DNA of 49,846 bases from a virus (IMGVR_UViG_3300017565_000008:1-49846); one strand, 5' to 3'; shown: positions 26,609 to 36,564, counted from the first letter of the stretch. Notes: generated by a model from the sequence alone, not told the origin. Numbers and translations are program-made.

Positions 26609-29251
26609 ATGGCTAGCAATACAGGTTCACCAAGGCTCGAAATATCCATCGACGCAATAACAACAGGTCTTAAGAAAGGTTTAGAGGACGCTCGTAAAGA
26701 ATTAAAAAACTTTAACGACGAGGTTAAACGTGGTGGTAGTCCTGATTTAAAGAACGCATTACAAGCGGAGAAAGTTGCTTTGGCTCAATCTAAAACCGAA
26801 GCACAACAAGCGAGAACGGCAATAGCACAATTAGCTTTAGCAAAAAAACAAGGTCAATCAGCTACGGTAGCTTTGTCTGGGTCGTACCGTGAAGCTCAAC
26901 AACGTTTATCTGCATTGGGTCGCTCGATTAGAGAGGCGCAAGGTGGTTTTACAAACACCACTCCCGCTATTCGTGCGCAAATATCAGAATACAACAAGTT
27001 AAATGCTAAGCTAAAAGAATTTGATAAGCAGATGGGGTTGAATTACCGTAATGTTGGTAATTATCCTAGTGCTTTTTTAGATGCTATACCTGGTATAAGT
27101 CAATTTACTACAGCGGTAGGCTTGATGGGTACTGCTATCGCTGGGTTACAAAAATCATTTTCAACAAATCTTAGGTTAGACTCTTTATATGAGGGTTTAA
27201 AAGTTGCTAGTGGTAGTGCTGAAGCTTTTGAGAAAAACGTATCATTCTTAAGAGAAACTTCCGAGAGATTAGGCCTTACTTTTTCAGATAATATCAAGGC
27301 GTTTAAAAATTTCTATGCGTCAGCTACTGGTGCTAATATAAGCGCAGAAGATACTAGAAGGATATTTGAGTCGGTTGCAAACGCTGGTGCTAAATTACGA
27401 TTATCGAGCGATGACGTAACAGGAGCGTTGAGGGCTTTAGAGCAAATGGCTTCTAAGGGGAAGGTTCAAGCGGAAGAGTTAAGAGGTCAATTAGGAGAAA
27501 GATTGCCACGAGCTTTTGAATTAGCCGCTAAAGCAATGGGCGTTACCACCGCTGAACTAAACAAGATGCTTGAAGATGGTAAGGTAATGTCAGATGTATT
27601 CTTACCTAAATTTGCTATTGAATTAGACAAAGCATTCGGCAACGATAGTACAAAGAAAATAGAGGGAATGCAAGCCTCTATAGGTAGAATGAACACCGCT
27701 TTAGACAATCTATGGGAAAGCGAAAAAGTTAAATCTTGGTTTACAGAGGCTATTGACGGAGTTGGTGAATTAGCAAGTGAAATAAACAAACTTATAAACT
27801 CTAATAGCGGTAAACAGTTTTGGGGACGTTTTTGGGATAAGGATTATGACGCAAAAAGACAAACCGTTCTGCAATCAAGCGGTTTTTCTGGTATGTCCAC
27901 AAACGAGCAATTAGATCGTATTACAAAACAGACCAAATACGTAGCTCAATTAGGAAAGCAGTTAGGTGCTAACGATATAATATATAAATCCCAACTGAAC
28001 GTTCTTAACGAGATGACAAAGCAATATGCAAGTCAATTCGGAAAAGTTACGGATATTAATAAGGTTGTTGAAGATACTGAAAAGAAAACTAAAAAGTCAG
28101 GTAAAACACCAACAAACACAAGCGATATTCTAGGCGACTTAGCTGGTACTGAAGGCAACGATTACGACAAGCGTATTGCTAAGATTAATCAGGAGTATAC
28201 TAAGTTAGTAGAAAAGATTCGAGAATCAGTAGGAAGTCAAGCTGATATTTCAAAGGCTTTAAACCTTGCTGGTGCTAAGCGTGATATTGATACGCTTAAA
28301 GTTAGCGTTGATAGATATACAGACGCGTTAAAGAAAAACAGAGGTATTACAGGCAAGCAATCGGTTTCGTTGTCGGGTAGTTTAAACGCTGGCTCACTAC
28401 CATTGTTGGCACGTAACCAAGAACGCTTAAACAGACCTATAACAAGCAACTTGACTGATGAGTTTTCAAAGCAGTTCACTAGTACTTTGCGACGTGGATT
28501 GGCTAGTACGTTTAACGACTTATTCAGCAACATTTCTAATCTAAGCGAGGGCGCATACGAGATAGAAAAGAAATACGCTGATTTAAGGGCAAACGCTACG
28601 GCAGAACAGATAGCAGGATTGAACAAGATGGAAGCATTAGAGCGTAAGATTAATAACGGTCTTACAAATATGCTTTCAAAACTAGGGAGTACATTTACAT
28701 CAATAAGTGGTAATATTCTTAGTAGCGCTTTGAGTAATGCTATTGCCGACCCTGAAAAAGGTCTTAGCGATTTAAAGAAAATGTTTTCGGGAGATAATAA
28801 AGCGTCAGGTTATGGCTCTATTGCTTCATTATTGGGAGGTGCTTTAGGTAGTGTATTTAAGCCAAGCGATACGGTTGGGCAGTCGTTGAGTGGGGCTTTG
28901 GCGGGTCTTGGTTCTGGAGTGGCTATAGGAACAATGATAGGCGGGCCGCTTGGAACTATTTTAGGTGGTGTAGGAGGGGCTTTAATAGGAGGTTTAACAT
29001 CTTTATTCGGTGCTAATAAAAGGAAAAGAGAAGAGGAGTTAGCCGAACTACAACTTGCAGAGCAAAGGAAATTAGTCGTTCTTGCCGAGCGACAAAACGC
29101 ACTAGCATACCAAAGTAGCATTATTGGACAAATGATAAATGGCGGAATGGTTACGGCGATTGAGAGAGATGCCTTTGGTAACCTCGAGACAACGATAAAC
29201 GGAGATCAAATTAGATTGGTATTAGATAGAAGTAAAAGTGGCAGGGGTTAA
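26609..29251 (+). CDS. Tape measure protein
   Basis: QMASKGKVQAEELRGQLGERLP tape-measure domain, RNVGNY motif, Gly-rich TM C-terminal region; start MASNTGS. Confidence 0.95.
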   Translation: MASNTGSPRLEISIDAITTGLKKGLEDARKELKNFNDEVKRGGSPDLKNALQAEKVALAQSKTEAQQARTAIAQLALAKKQGQSATVALSGSYREAQQRLSALGRSIREAQGGFTNTTPAIRAQISEYNKLNAKLKEFDKQMGLNYRNVGNYPSAFLDAIPGISQFTTAVGLMGTAIAGLQKSFSTNLRLDSLYEGLKVASGSAEAFEKNVSFLRETSERLGLTFSDNIKAFKNFYASATGANISAEDTRRIFESVANAGAKLRLSSDDVTGALRALEQMASKGKVQAEELRGQLGERLPRAFELAAKAMGVTTAELNKMLEDGKVMSDVFLPKFAIELDKAFGNDSTKKIEGMQASIGRMNTALDNLWESEKVKSWFTEAIDGVGELASEINKLINSNSGKQFWGRFWDKDYDAKRQTVLQSSGFSGMSTNEQLDRITKQTKYVAQLGKQLGANDIIYKSQLNVLNEMTKQYASQFGKVTDINKVVEDTEKKTKKSGKTPTNTSDILGDLAGTEGNDYDKRIAKINQEYTKLVEKIRESVGSQADISKALNLAGAKRDIDTLKVSVDRYTDALKKNRGITGKQSVSLSGSLNAGSLPLLARNQERLNRPITSNLTDEFSKQFTSTLRRGLASTFNDLFSNISNLSEGAYEIEKKYADLRANATAEQIAGLNKMEALERKINNGLTNMLSKLGSTFTSISGNILSSALSNAIADPEKGLSDLKKMFSGDNKASGYGSIASLLGGALGSVFKPSDTVGQSLSGALAGLGSGVAIGTMIGGPLGTILGGVGGALIGGLTSLFGANKRKREEELAELQLAEQRKLVVLAERQNALAYQSSIIGQMINGGMVTAIERDAFGNLETTINGDQIRLVLDRSKSGRG

Positions 29252-29973
29252 TATAACCCCTCTTTTTTATTTGTATGAGAATATTCGCCAAATAATTCTT
29301 TTGCTTTTTTATCGTAAGCTTTTGCGGCTTCTATTTCGCAATCAAAACGACCCAAGTGAATTGTTTTTTTATTTACAAATATTTTTGACTGCCATTTATT
29401 CCTTGACTTATCCCATGTTACCCCTTTAAAAATAGATGATTTACCATTTTGCATAGATTGATTCATTCCATTATTTTGTCTATTGCATAATCTAAGATTT
29501 GACTTTCTATTATCTAATCTGTCATGATTTATGTGGTCAACTTCCAAGTTTTTCGGAGCATCCATTATTAATCTATGCATCCTTATTTTTTTATTCCCGT
29601 TTAATGCGTAACCATTTTCATTAATATACCAATTAATATCTTTTAATTTATCAAAATCCTCGTTATCAACCTTTGCGAATTTACCTTTTGTTAATGGTAT
29701 AAGTTTATAATATTCAGGTTGTTCAAAATCCCAGTTTCTTAAATTTATACTATTTATTGTGAATTTCATACCAGCATATATGGAACTACATTTAGGACAC
29801 TTTTGCTTTGAATACATATGTTTATTAGGCGTTTGCTCAAAAACACCATGGTTATAACACTTAATTTTAACTTTAACACTATTCCCTTTATATTCTACCA
29901 ATGAGTAATCATATGTATCTCCGTGAATGCCTTTAAACCTCTTAATAACTTCTTCTTGCGTTAACTTTCTCAT
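29248..29973 (-). CDS. HEG5: chimeric homing endonuclease (one Zn-ribbon repeat, HNH, AP2)
   Basis: MHRLIM...VDHINHDRLDNRKSNLR; AP2 SSIFKGVTW...HLGRF..E.EAAKAYD. Confidence 0.88.
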   Translation of the reverse strand: MRKLTQEEVIKRFKGIHGDTYDYSLVEYKGNSVKVKIKCYNHGVFEQTPNKHMYSKQKCPKCSSIYAGMKFTINSINLRNWDFEQPEYYKLIPLTKGKFAKVDNEDFDKLKDINWYINENGYALNGNKKIRMHRLIMDAPKNLEVDHINHDRLDNRKSNLRLCNRQNNGMNQSMQNGKSSIFKGVTWDKSRNKWQSKIFVNKKTIHLGRFDCEIEAAKAYDKKAKELFGEYSHTNKKEGLY

Positions 29974-30028
29974 ACCACAAACATAATCATTAAAATCCAT
30001 ATACGCAAATAAAATTGTATCTTTGTAT

Positions 30029-32212
30029 ATGCCACTAAAATACATAATACAATTCGTAGACTTTAACGAAAATGGTTACTTGATTGAGATTGACAGTCCT
30101 GATTACTCGGGTACGCCTATACAGTTAACTCCTAGTGCAGAACCTCTTATAATCGAATACAATGGCAACAACGACGATGACATATTCAAGACACATGTTA
30201 TACCTAGTTCGGCAACGTTACAAGTGGTAAGTGAAAATTTGGATATAGAGGAATTACTGTACATAAACGATGCTAGTTATAAGGTTCGTGTATATAATGA
30301 ATACCTTGGCTCATACTCGCTGTATTGGTCTGGGTGGCTTGTTTCAGACGGAATACAAGAAGTTGATAGTGGTGTGCCTTATGATGTTACTTTAAGGGCT
30401 ATCGACGGATTAGAGCTTATGGATAACGTTGTTTTATCTTGGGATAACTTCACTTCATCACTTGTTTCAGTTAATGGTCAGATAGCGCACCAACGTTCTC
30501 CTATAAACGCGTTTAGAGTGGCTCTGTTTAAGTCAAACAACCTAGACAACCCTTTGCCTTTTCTTTGGAATACAAGCCTAGAAAACGATCATTATCCAGG
30601 GAGAGATATGGTAGCCGGAGCGACAAGAATAAACCCAAGAGGCGAGGTATCTATGCTGAACAAAACGTGTGATTGGTGGGTAGATAACCTATCAAAGAGC
30701 GCAATTTCTTGGTTATATCAATCAAATGGCTCGTGGTACTTGAATAACTACTTTGATTCTGTTGGTGGGCAATTCAATGGATGGGTTATAGGAAGCGATA
30801 CAACCGTAAATCAACCAGCTACATTTGTTGATGATATTTCGGTACAATCGGTTCTGCCTACGGACACAAGGAATAACTCGTGGTTCTGGTTCGGTAAAAA
30901 GCCTTATGGAAGTGTTTCGGTTTTATACAATGATGTTAAGTTCCCTGAAAATAACGCCTTGCCAAATGCTGGTTTTGACACTACTATTACTGGTGTTGTT
31001 GCTGATTGGTATGCTAAATTCAGTAACGCTTCGTTATATTCGGAATCTCCAATAAACCAACGTCAAGATGGTTTCTCTTTAGAAGTGGATAACCTAACAG
31101 CTAATGAAGATTACGTTACATTTGGATCTATACCGATTGATACGGATGTTTTATATAAGAATGCTACGTTAGGTTTTATATGGATGCCTATATTGGGTTA
31201 TGACTTGACGTCCGAGGGCGCAATCGATTTTTCTAAAAATCCTTTACATATAAGCGTAAGTTTAGAAATAGAGGGAACTGAATATTTCCTTAATGAGTTT
31301 GGTTTTTGGACAGACAACAACCTACCCGCTAATGCGCAGGTTACTAACTTCTATTACCAAACTTCTGGAGATACTTTTAACGTAGAATTTGATACCGCAA
31401 AGAACTTTCAGCCCGGAGATGAAGTAAGAATATACTTTAGAAGGGGAGGTGTTGATACCGGATACTTTATTAAGTTCGATACAGCTATGTCGGTGCAGGA
31501 CGGTGTTAATTATATAGCCACTAAAATACCTAATACATCAACTCCTAACACTTATAGCGTATCTGTTCAAGGCGTCACAAATAGTCCATCATGGCAGAAC
31601 GCTTATACAGTAAAAGTTACAAACTACTACAGAAAAATTGAGATAGATGGTGGAAACCAACTTAGACCAAACGACGCGCTTAGTATAGCGTTTCAATCAA
31701 AAGGCGGTGATACAGGTATAAAACTACCATCAGGTTTGGGAAGATTGAGCTTTGAGATTTATTCAAAACCAGGAAGTAAGATGCGATTAGATGACGCTTA
31801 TTTTACCGTTAATGATGCGCATGATGTTTATAAGGTTGCAGTACCAAATACAAAGAACAGCGACGCAAGTTACGATATGGGCATATCAAGTGGGTTTAGT
31901 GGTAATATGGTTACCTCTTATGGAGATGGATTTGCTACACGTGACGAATCAATGTTATGGGACCGTGGTAAGACATTGACTGAATTGTATGGTCGCGCTA
32001 TTATGGACACACGAAACAGAGGTATAAGGGTTTTTAGTGGAGAAATAGATAAACTAATGTCGTGGGGTCTATTCAGTCTGATGGGCAAAACTTATGCACC
32101 ACTATCAATGCGACTAAATGTAAGGGAGTGTTATACAAGTGTTGTGGGAGCTGAGTTTACGCCTAGCGCATTGAGTTACACAGTAACACATAAAAGCAAT
32201 GAAGGGGACTAA
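30029..32212 (+). CDS. Tail tip/baseplate hub-like structural protein
   Basis: Follows the tape measure; YWSGWL and LRAIDGL..L motifs seen in Bacteroidota siphophage tail proteins. Confidence 0.75.
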   Translation: MPLKYIIQFVDFNENGYLIEIDSPDYSGTPIQLTPSAEPLIIEYNGNNDDDIFKTHVIPSSATLQVVSENLDIEELLYINDASYKVRVYNEYLGSYSLYWSGWLVSDGIQEVDSGVPYDVTLRAIDGLELMDNVVLSWDNFTSSLVSVNGQIAHQRSPINAFRVALFKSNNLDNPLPFLWNTSLENDHYPGRDMVAGATRINPRGEVSMLNKTCDWWVDNLSKSAISWLYQSNGSWYLNNYFDSVGGQFNGWVIGSDTTVNQPATFVDDISVQSVLPTDTRNNSWFWFGKKPYGSVSVLYNDVKFPENNALPNAGFDTTITGVVADWYAKFSNASLYSESPINQRQDGFSLEVDNLTANEDYVTFGSIPIDTDVLYKNATLGFIWMPILGYDLTSEGAIDFSKNPLHISVSLEIEGTEYFLNEFGFWTDNNLPANAQVTNFYYQTSGDTFNVEFDTAKNFQPGDEVRIYFRRGGVDTGYFIKFDTAMSVQDGVNYIATKIPNTSTPNTYSVSVQGVTNSPSWQNAYTVKVTNYYRKIEIDGGNQLRPNDALSIAFQSKGGDTGIKLPSGLGRLSFEIYSKPGSKMRLDDAYFTVNDAHDVYKVAVPNTKNSDASYDMGISSGFSGNMVTSYGDGFATRDESMLWDRGKTLTELYGRAIMDTRNRGIRVFSGEIDKLMSWGLFSLMGKTYAPLSMRLNVRECYTSVVGAEFTPSALSYTVTHKSNEGD

Positions 32213-32640
32213 AGCCCCCTTCTCGTTTCGTTTCTTATAAATTCGTTCAACGTTATTAGCACGCCTTTTTGATTTTTACGGCTACTTATCCATAACAAGC
32301 CTTTGTGAGAAACGGGATTTTTGTTGATTAAAACCTGTATAATGGCTTCTCCTGTTGGCTCGTCGTTATAGGTATATATAATGCTTTCGTCATCTTCTTT
32401 GCGTTCGCCGTTAACAATGTATGTATCAAGGACGATTTTTGATCCGTCTATGATAACAATTCTATCATCATACAGCGAAACAAGATACGTTTTCTGTACT
32501 TCATCTCCTGAATACCATTTTTCTGATACTGGATTGTAAGATAAAGGTTTGTAGTCGTAGCTGATTATGTCTACTCTGTTTTGCGATTGTGCCGTAACCA
32601 TACCCAGTACGATTAACAACGTGGTTAGTAGTGTTTTCAT
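32209..32640 (-). CDS. Putative secreted protein
   Basis: Sec signal MKTLLTTLLIVLGMVTAQSQ. Confidence 0.6.
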   Translation of the reverse strand: MKTLLTTLLIVLGMVTAQSQNRVDIISYDYKPLSYNPVSEKWYSGDEVQKTYLVSLYDDRIVIIDGSKIVLDTYIVNGERKEDDESIIYTYNDEPTGEAIIQVLINKNPVSHKGLLWISSRKNQKGVLITLNEFIRNETRRGL

Positions 32641-32642
32641 AA

Positions 32643-33131
32643 TTATTTGTTGAATAAAAGTTCTATTACTTCTTGTTGGGTTATTTTTTTGGCGTATTTG
32701 TAGTAATTTGTTTCAGAAGCTAAGTAAGGATAAATATCTGTGTCAATGTGACTAAGTTTTCCTATTACAAAATCTTCTTCTTCATCATCCCAAAACTTAC
32801 AGACATCACCAACTTCAGGCTCTTTCAATTTCTTAACTTTTTCTTTAAGTATTTCCACACGTTTAACGGCTTCGATTAGTTGATCTTCGTATGATTGCTC
32901 GAATAGTGTTGATATGTGGATTGTTGGGTCTGTTGTATTAGAAAATAACCACGTGGTAATATCTTCGCTTTGGTAATAAACAAAACTCTTGTATTTATGA
33001 AAATCAGGAAGGAATCCATAATCCCAACCTGTATAATTCTCAATCAACCATTGCAACAACTCTTCCGCTTGTTCGTGTGTAATACATCTAAGGTCGTAAA
33101 TTTGGTTACGGTCTAAATCCTGTATTTTCAT
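32643..33131 (-). CDS. Hypothetical protein
   Basis: 162 aa; P.VGDVC.FWD motif; own leftward promoter. Confidence 0.65.
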   Translation of the reverse strand: MKIQDLDRNQIYDLRCITHEQAEELLQWLIENYTGWDYGFLPDFHKYKSFVYYQSEDITTWLFSNTTDPTIHISTLFEQSYEDQLIEAVKRVEILKEKVKKLKEPEVGDVCKFWDDEEEDFVIGKLSHIDTDIYPYLASETNYYKYAKKITQQEVIELLFNK

Positions 33132-33226
33132 GTTTAATTTTTTAACAAACCAACACCACGTTGATTATGATGCTAAGATAAAAACTAAAATCGACAATAA
33201 CAAATTTTTCGTATATTTGTTACAAT

Positions 33227-33826
33227 ATGTCAGTAAAAATAATTCAGAAATATGTGGGTGCAAAACAAGACGGTGTAATAGGTAACGAAACGCTTTCTAA
33301 GTTTGCTTGTAAGTTAGGTATAACACGTGCTATGACAGCACATTTCTTCGGTAATCTACATCACGAAAGCGGTGGGTTTAGGATTGTTGAGGAAAGCGGT
33401 AATTATTCCGCTAAGCGATTGTTACAAGTATTTCCTAAATATTTCAATCCATTCAATGTTATGCAATACGCAGGTAATGCCGAAGCTATTTTCAATAAAA
33501 CTTATGGTGGTAGAATGGGTAATACAGAGCCAGGAGATGGGTATAAATTCCGTGGTCGTGGATTCATGCAAACTACAGGGAAATACAGTTACGAGCGTTT
33601 AGGCAAGTTCCTAGGCGTTGACCTTGTAAAGAACCCCGATTTAGTAGCTACCACATATCCATTAGAATCCGCAATATTTTATTTTACTGATAATAAATTA
33701 TGGAATCTTGTTGATGATATAAGCGAGGAAAGCATTCGATTGATACGTAAGCGTGTAAACGGTGGATATAACGGTTTAGATGACGTGAGAAATAAAGTAA
33801 AGTACTATTACAATTTGATGAAATAA
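33227..33826 (+). CDS. Endolysin, glycoside hydrolase family 19 with short N-terminal PG-binding motif
   Basis: Q..VG...DG.IG..T; HESGGF; GDGYKFRGRGFMQTTG..Y; VNGGYNGL..R. Confidence 0.93.
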   Translation: MSVKIIQKYVGAKQDGVIGNETLSKFACKLGITRAMTAHFFGNLHHESGGFRIVEESGNYSAKRLLQVFPKYFNPFNVMQYAGNAEAIFNKTYGGRMGNTEPGDGYKFRGRGFMQTTGKYSYERLGKFLGVDLVKNPDLVATTYPLESAIFYFTDNKLWNLVDDISEESIRLIRKRVNGGYNGLDDVRNKVKYYYNLMK

Positions 33827-33828
33827 AG

Positions 33829-34140
33829 ATGCCTGATAGCAAACCAGACTTCCTAGGACAACGCGTAAATGATAGTGGCAAGATATTTGGATGGATCAAA
33901 GACAATCCATTAGCGTTCTTATGCACATTCCTTACCGTTACTAATATTATTTTTATATGGGCTTGGATGTCTGCAAAAAATGAGAATATCGAAATTAGCA
34001 ATAAGCTAAACAAGGATATTCAACAGGAAATCAGAAATCAATTACCACAAGAGGTTAGGCGTCAAGTTCAGCCTATTGAAAAAGATTGGGGAAAGAGTAG
34101 AGATAAAATTGACACGCTTGTAAAAACATTAACGAAATGA
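33829..34140 (+). CDS. Putative holin
   Basis: Single TM segment; adjacent to the endolysin. Confidence 0.5.
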   Translation: MPDSKPDFLGQRVNDSGKIFGWIKDNPLAFLCTFLTVTNIIFIWAWMSAKNENIEISNKLNKDIQQEIRNQLPQEVRRQVQPIEKDWGKSRDKIDTLVKTLTK

Positions 34141-34337
34141 GAAAGTTTGTTATAATAACATTTTTACTACTAAGCTCCGTTGTGTGTGGTAGTGCTACTA
34201 TAGAAGTTAAAAATAGTACGATTATTGCTTTGGAAAATTTAAACAATTCACTAGATAATTTGGAATATGAGATACTTAATAGGAATAGTTCTGATAATGA
34301 CGTTGGGGTCATGCGGGCTGTTCAAAAAGACAAATAA
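34137..34337 (+). CDS. Small exported protein in the lysis cassette
   Basis: Signal-peptide-like N-terminus; overlaps both neighbours. Confidence 0.4.
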   Translation: MRKFVIITFLLLSSVVCGSATIEVKNSTIIALENLNNSLDNLEYEILNRNSSDNDVGVMRAVQKDK

Positions 34338-34824
34338 GCATATAGATAAATCTGAATCCGTTACAAGGGTTGAGCATAGCGAGGTTAAAGTCGGCAATGT
34401 AGAATCGAAAGAAGTTGACCGCGGTACTGTGGTAACTGAAACTGAACGCATCGAGGAAAGAAAACGTGATGGTGGTAAGCGTGTAGTTACAGGAGAACTA
34501 AAACCAGGGCGAAATGTTCTAATGGATTCGGTTCTAAAAGAGCTTGTTTTAGTATTCGATTCGCTTACAAACCGTATTGATGTAGAAGTAACGATTCCTC
34601 CGGTTGAAGAGCGTGTTGTAACAAAAGAACGTAAAGAAGAGAAAAAAGATCAAGAGAGAAAGGAAATAAGAAAAGACAGTGCCGTTATTCGTGATGATAG
34701 GTTTAGCACTGTGTCTAGCGAGGAAATAAAAAAAGAATCCAAACCGGATTATAATTGGATTTGGTATGTAGGTGTTTTAATTATTGTATTATGGTTGCTT
34801 TGGAAGCGTTATCGTTGGTTTTAG
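34267..34824 (+). CDS. Unimolecular spanin-like lipoprotein
   Basis: N-terminal lipobox LGSC and C-terminal TM WIWYVGVLIIVLWLLW followed by KRYR. Confidence 0.75.
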   Translation: MRYLIGIVLIMTLGSCGLFKKTNKHIDKSESVTRVEHSEVKVGNVESKEVDRGTVVTETERIEERKRDGGKRVVTGELKPGRNVLMDSVLKELVLVFDSLTNRIDVEVTIPPVEERVVTKERKEEKKDQERKEIRKDSAVIRDDRFSTVSSEEIKKESKPDYNWIWYVGVLIIVLWLLWKRYRWF

Positions 34825-34871
34825 TTTGTAGTTTTGGTTTAGTTTGTTTTGTTAAGTCAAGGGCAAAAAAT

Positions 34872-34896
34872 AGGCGAGGTTTTTAGGCTCGCCTTT
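34872..34896. terminator. Terminator between convergent operons
   Basis: AGGCGAG/CTCGCCT stem flanked by A-run and T-run. Confidence 0.7.
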
Positions 34897-34907
34897 TGTT
34901 ATTTTTA

Positions 34908-35165
34908 TTACCATTGACCGAAGAAAATAATATCACTTCCATCATCTAATTTAGCCTTAAAAACATCTACACCACCGTAGTCTAATGATATTAATTTGTA
35001 ATCGATATAATTGGATTTCACAAAATCTTGAAAGTAATTAAAATCTTTGCATCCAACCATTAAACAACCGTCTATTCTTGCGGGGTTTGTTTCTTTCTTT
35101 TTCTTTAGTTCTTGGTATTCCTCATAATCCGACAAGGATATTACCACTACGTTTTCTATTTTCAT
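34908..35165 (-). CDS. Hypothetical protein
   Basis: 85 aa; TAATTTAG box ends 4 nt before the ATG. Confidence 0.6.
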   Translation of the reverse strand: MKIENVVVISLSDYEEYQELKKKKETNPARIDGCLMVGCKDFNYFQDFVKSNYIDYKLISLDYGGVDVFKAKLDDGSDIIFFGQW

Positions 35166-35203
35166 AACGCTAAATTAAGTAATGTTTTTTATAATTGCAA
35201 GTT

Positions 35204-35392
35204 TTATTTATATTCTACTTCAACCTCATATCCCAAATGTTGTAAAACCTCTATAATAGCTTGGTCGCTGTCTGCATGATTGTGTATATGTTCACCATCA
35301 ATATAAACAGCTCTACCCCACTCATAACAACACCCATCACCGCACTCATAATCCCATTCTTCAAAAGTAACTTTTAGTTTTTTCTTTGCCAT
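35204..35392 (-). CDS. Hypothetical protein with CGDGCC motif
   Basis: W.YECGDGCCYEWG. Confidence 0.65.
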   Translation of the reverse strand: MAKKKLKVTFEEWDYECGDGCCYEWGRAVYIDGEHIHNHADSDQAIIEVLQHLGYEVEVEYK

Positions 35393-35399
35393 AATATAT

Positions 35400-36509
35400 T
35401 TATTTAAAATAATGAACCAACCTTGCTATCTGACCATCATCGAAGTTATGTACAAACCCCTCAATCGCTTTTTTAGCGCCTGTGTAGCCGTTTCTATAAT
35501 GCCAGCTATCTGAACTGCTCGGGCTTCTTAAATACTCAACCGTAACCCCTATATAGTCCTTGCCGCTTTGAAACTTTGTTACCTGCTTATGGTGGATGTG
35601 ATGAAGATATACATTTCTAAAAACTGTTTCAGCCCATAAATTAGGGACTTCGTTTGCCACGTGTAATGGCATATCGGCCATTTTCGCTCCGTCACCATGA
35701 CTGACGCCTATAAGATTCTTACCGTATCGGTAATACTTTCTATGTGCTATACTATCGTCTATTGTAACTCTATCGCAATTCCTGAACCAACAAGACAAAG
35801 ATCGTGCAAACATCCATCCGCTTTGATAGTCATGGTTGCTTGGACAAAACAATATGTCAACTTCAAACTCCTGGATTAAACGCTCAATTATTTCGACGTG
35901 CGTATCTAATGCGGTATTGAACATGTCATAAAACATAACATCTGTATCTTGTGGCGTTCCGCTTGTGGTCGTTTTCTTTGGATTATCATAATGCAATACG
36001 TCATTACCTATAATAAAAAGAACCTTGTCAATTCCAAATGCACGACCTTTGCTGACAATTCCGTTAACACCGTCTAAGCAACGTTGTTTTGCTATGTTGA
36101 TATTATAAGATTCGCCTGTTTCGTAACTTGAAGAAAGTTTACCGAAATGTGCATCAGCGATATCAATAACCAATAAGTTATTAGTTTTCTGTGGTATAAT
36201 CGGAAGTTTTTCGTATTTAGGAGAATAATTTGACAGTTTTTCGGCAAGTAAGTCGGTAAATTCTTCTTCGCTTAACTTGTTTTTGTTAGGCTTAACAAGT
36301 ATCGAAAAGTCCTTGCTTTTCTTATCCCAATACATTGAAACATCGTCCTTGTTAATTCCTACCTCATCGCAATACGCATCGAATCCGTTTCTTAGACCTT
36401 GCAACTCGGTGTACTGTTCCTGTGATATTCTATATTGTTTTGATTTTGTTAGCGTTAAGCCTAGTTGGGTTGCGTGTTCATCCTTGATACGGGTGTTTAT
36501 TCTTTCCAT
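35400..36509 (-). CDS. Calcineurin-like metallophosphoesterase
   Basis: DIADAHFG, GND..H, SNHD, HGD and HHIHH motifs; start moved to MERINT. Confidence 0.85.
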   Translation of the reverse strand: MERINTRIKDEHATQLGLTLTKSKQYRISQEQYTELQGLRNGFDAYCDEVGINKDDVSMYWDKKSKDFSILVKPNKNKLSEEEFTDLLAEKLSNYSPKYEKLPIIPQKTNNLLVIDIADAHFGKLSSSYETGESYNINIAKQRCLDGVNGIVSKGRAFGIDKVLFIIGNDVLHYDNPKKTTTSGTPQDTDVMFYDMFNTALDTHVEIIERLIQEFEVDILFCPSNHDYQSGWMFARSLSCWFRNCDRVTIDDSIAHRKYYRYGKNLIGVSHGDGAKMADMPLHVANEVPNLWAETVFRNVYLHHIHHKQVTKFQSGKDYIGVTVEYLRSPSSSDSWHYRNGYTGAKKAIEGFVHNFDDGQIARLVHYFK

Positions 36510-36527
36510 GTTGTGCAAATATAGTTA

Positions 36528-36554
36528 AAAACCCCGATTAAAATATCGGGGTTT
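36528..36554 (-). terminator. Terminator after the methylase
   Basis: AAACCCCGAT/ATCGGGGTTT stem. Confidence 0.7.
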
Positions 36555-36564
36555 AATTAGTTTA

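Noticed and set aside
2258-29973. HEGs as group I intron or intein-encoded
   Set aside because: Flanking genes appear complete, several HEGs are antisense, the flanks are too short for an intron core, and each has its own expression signals.
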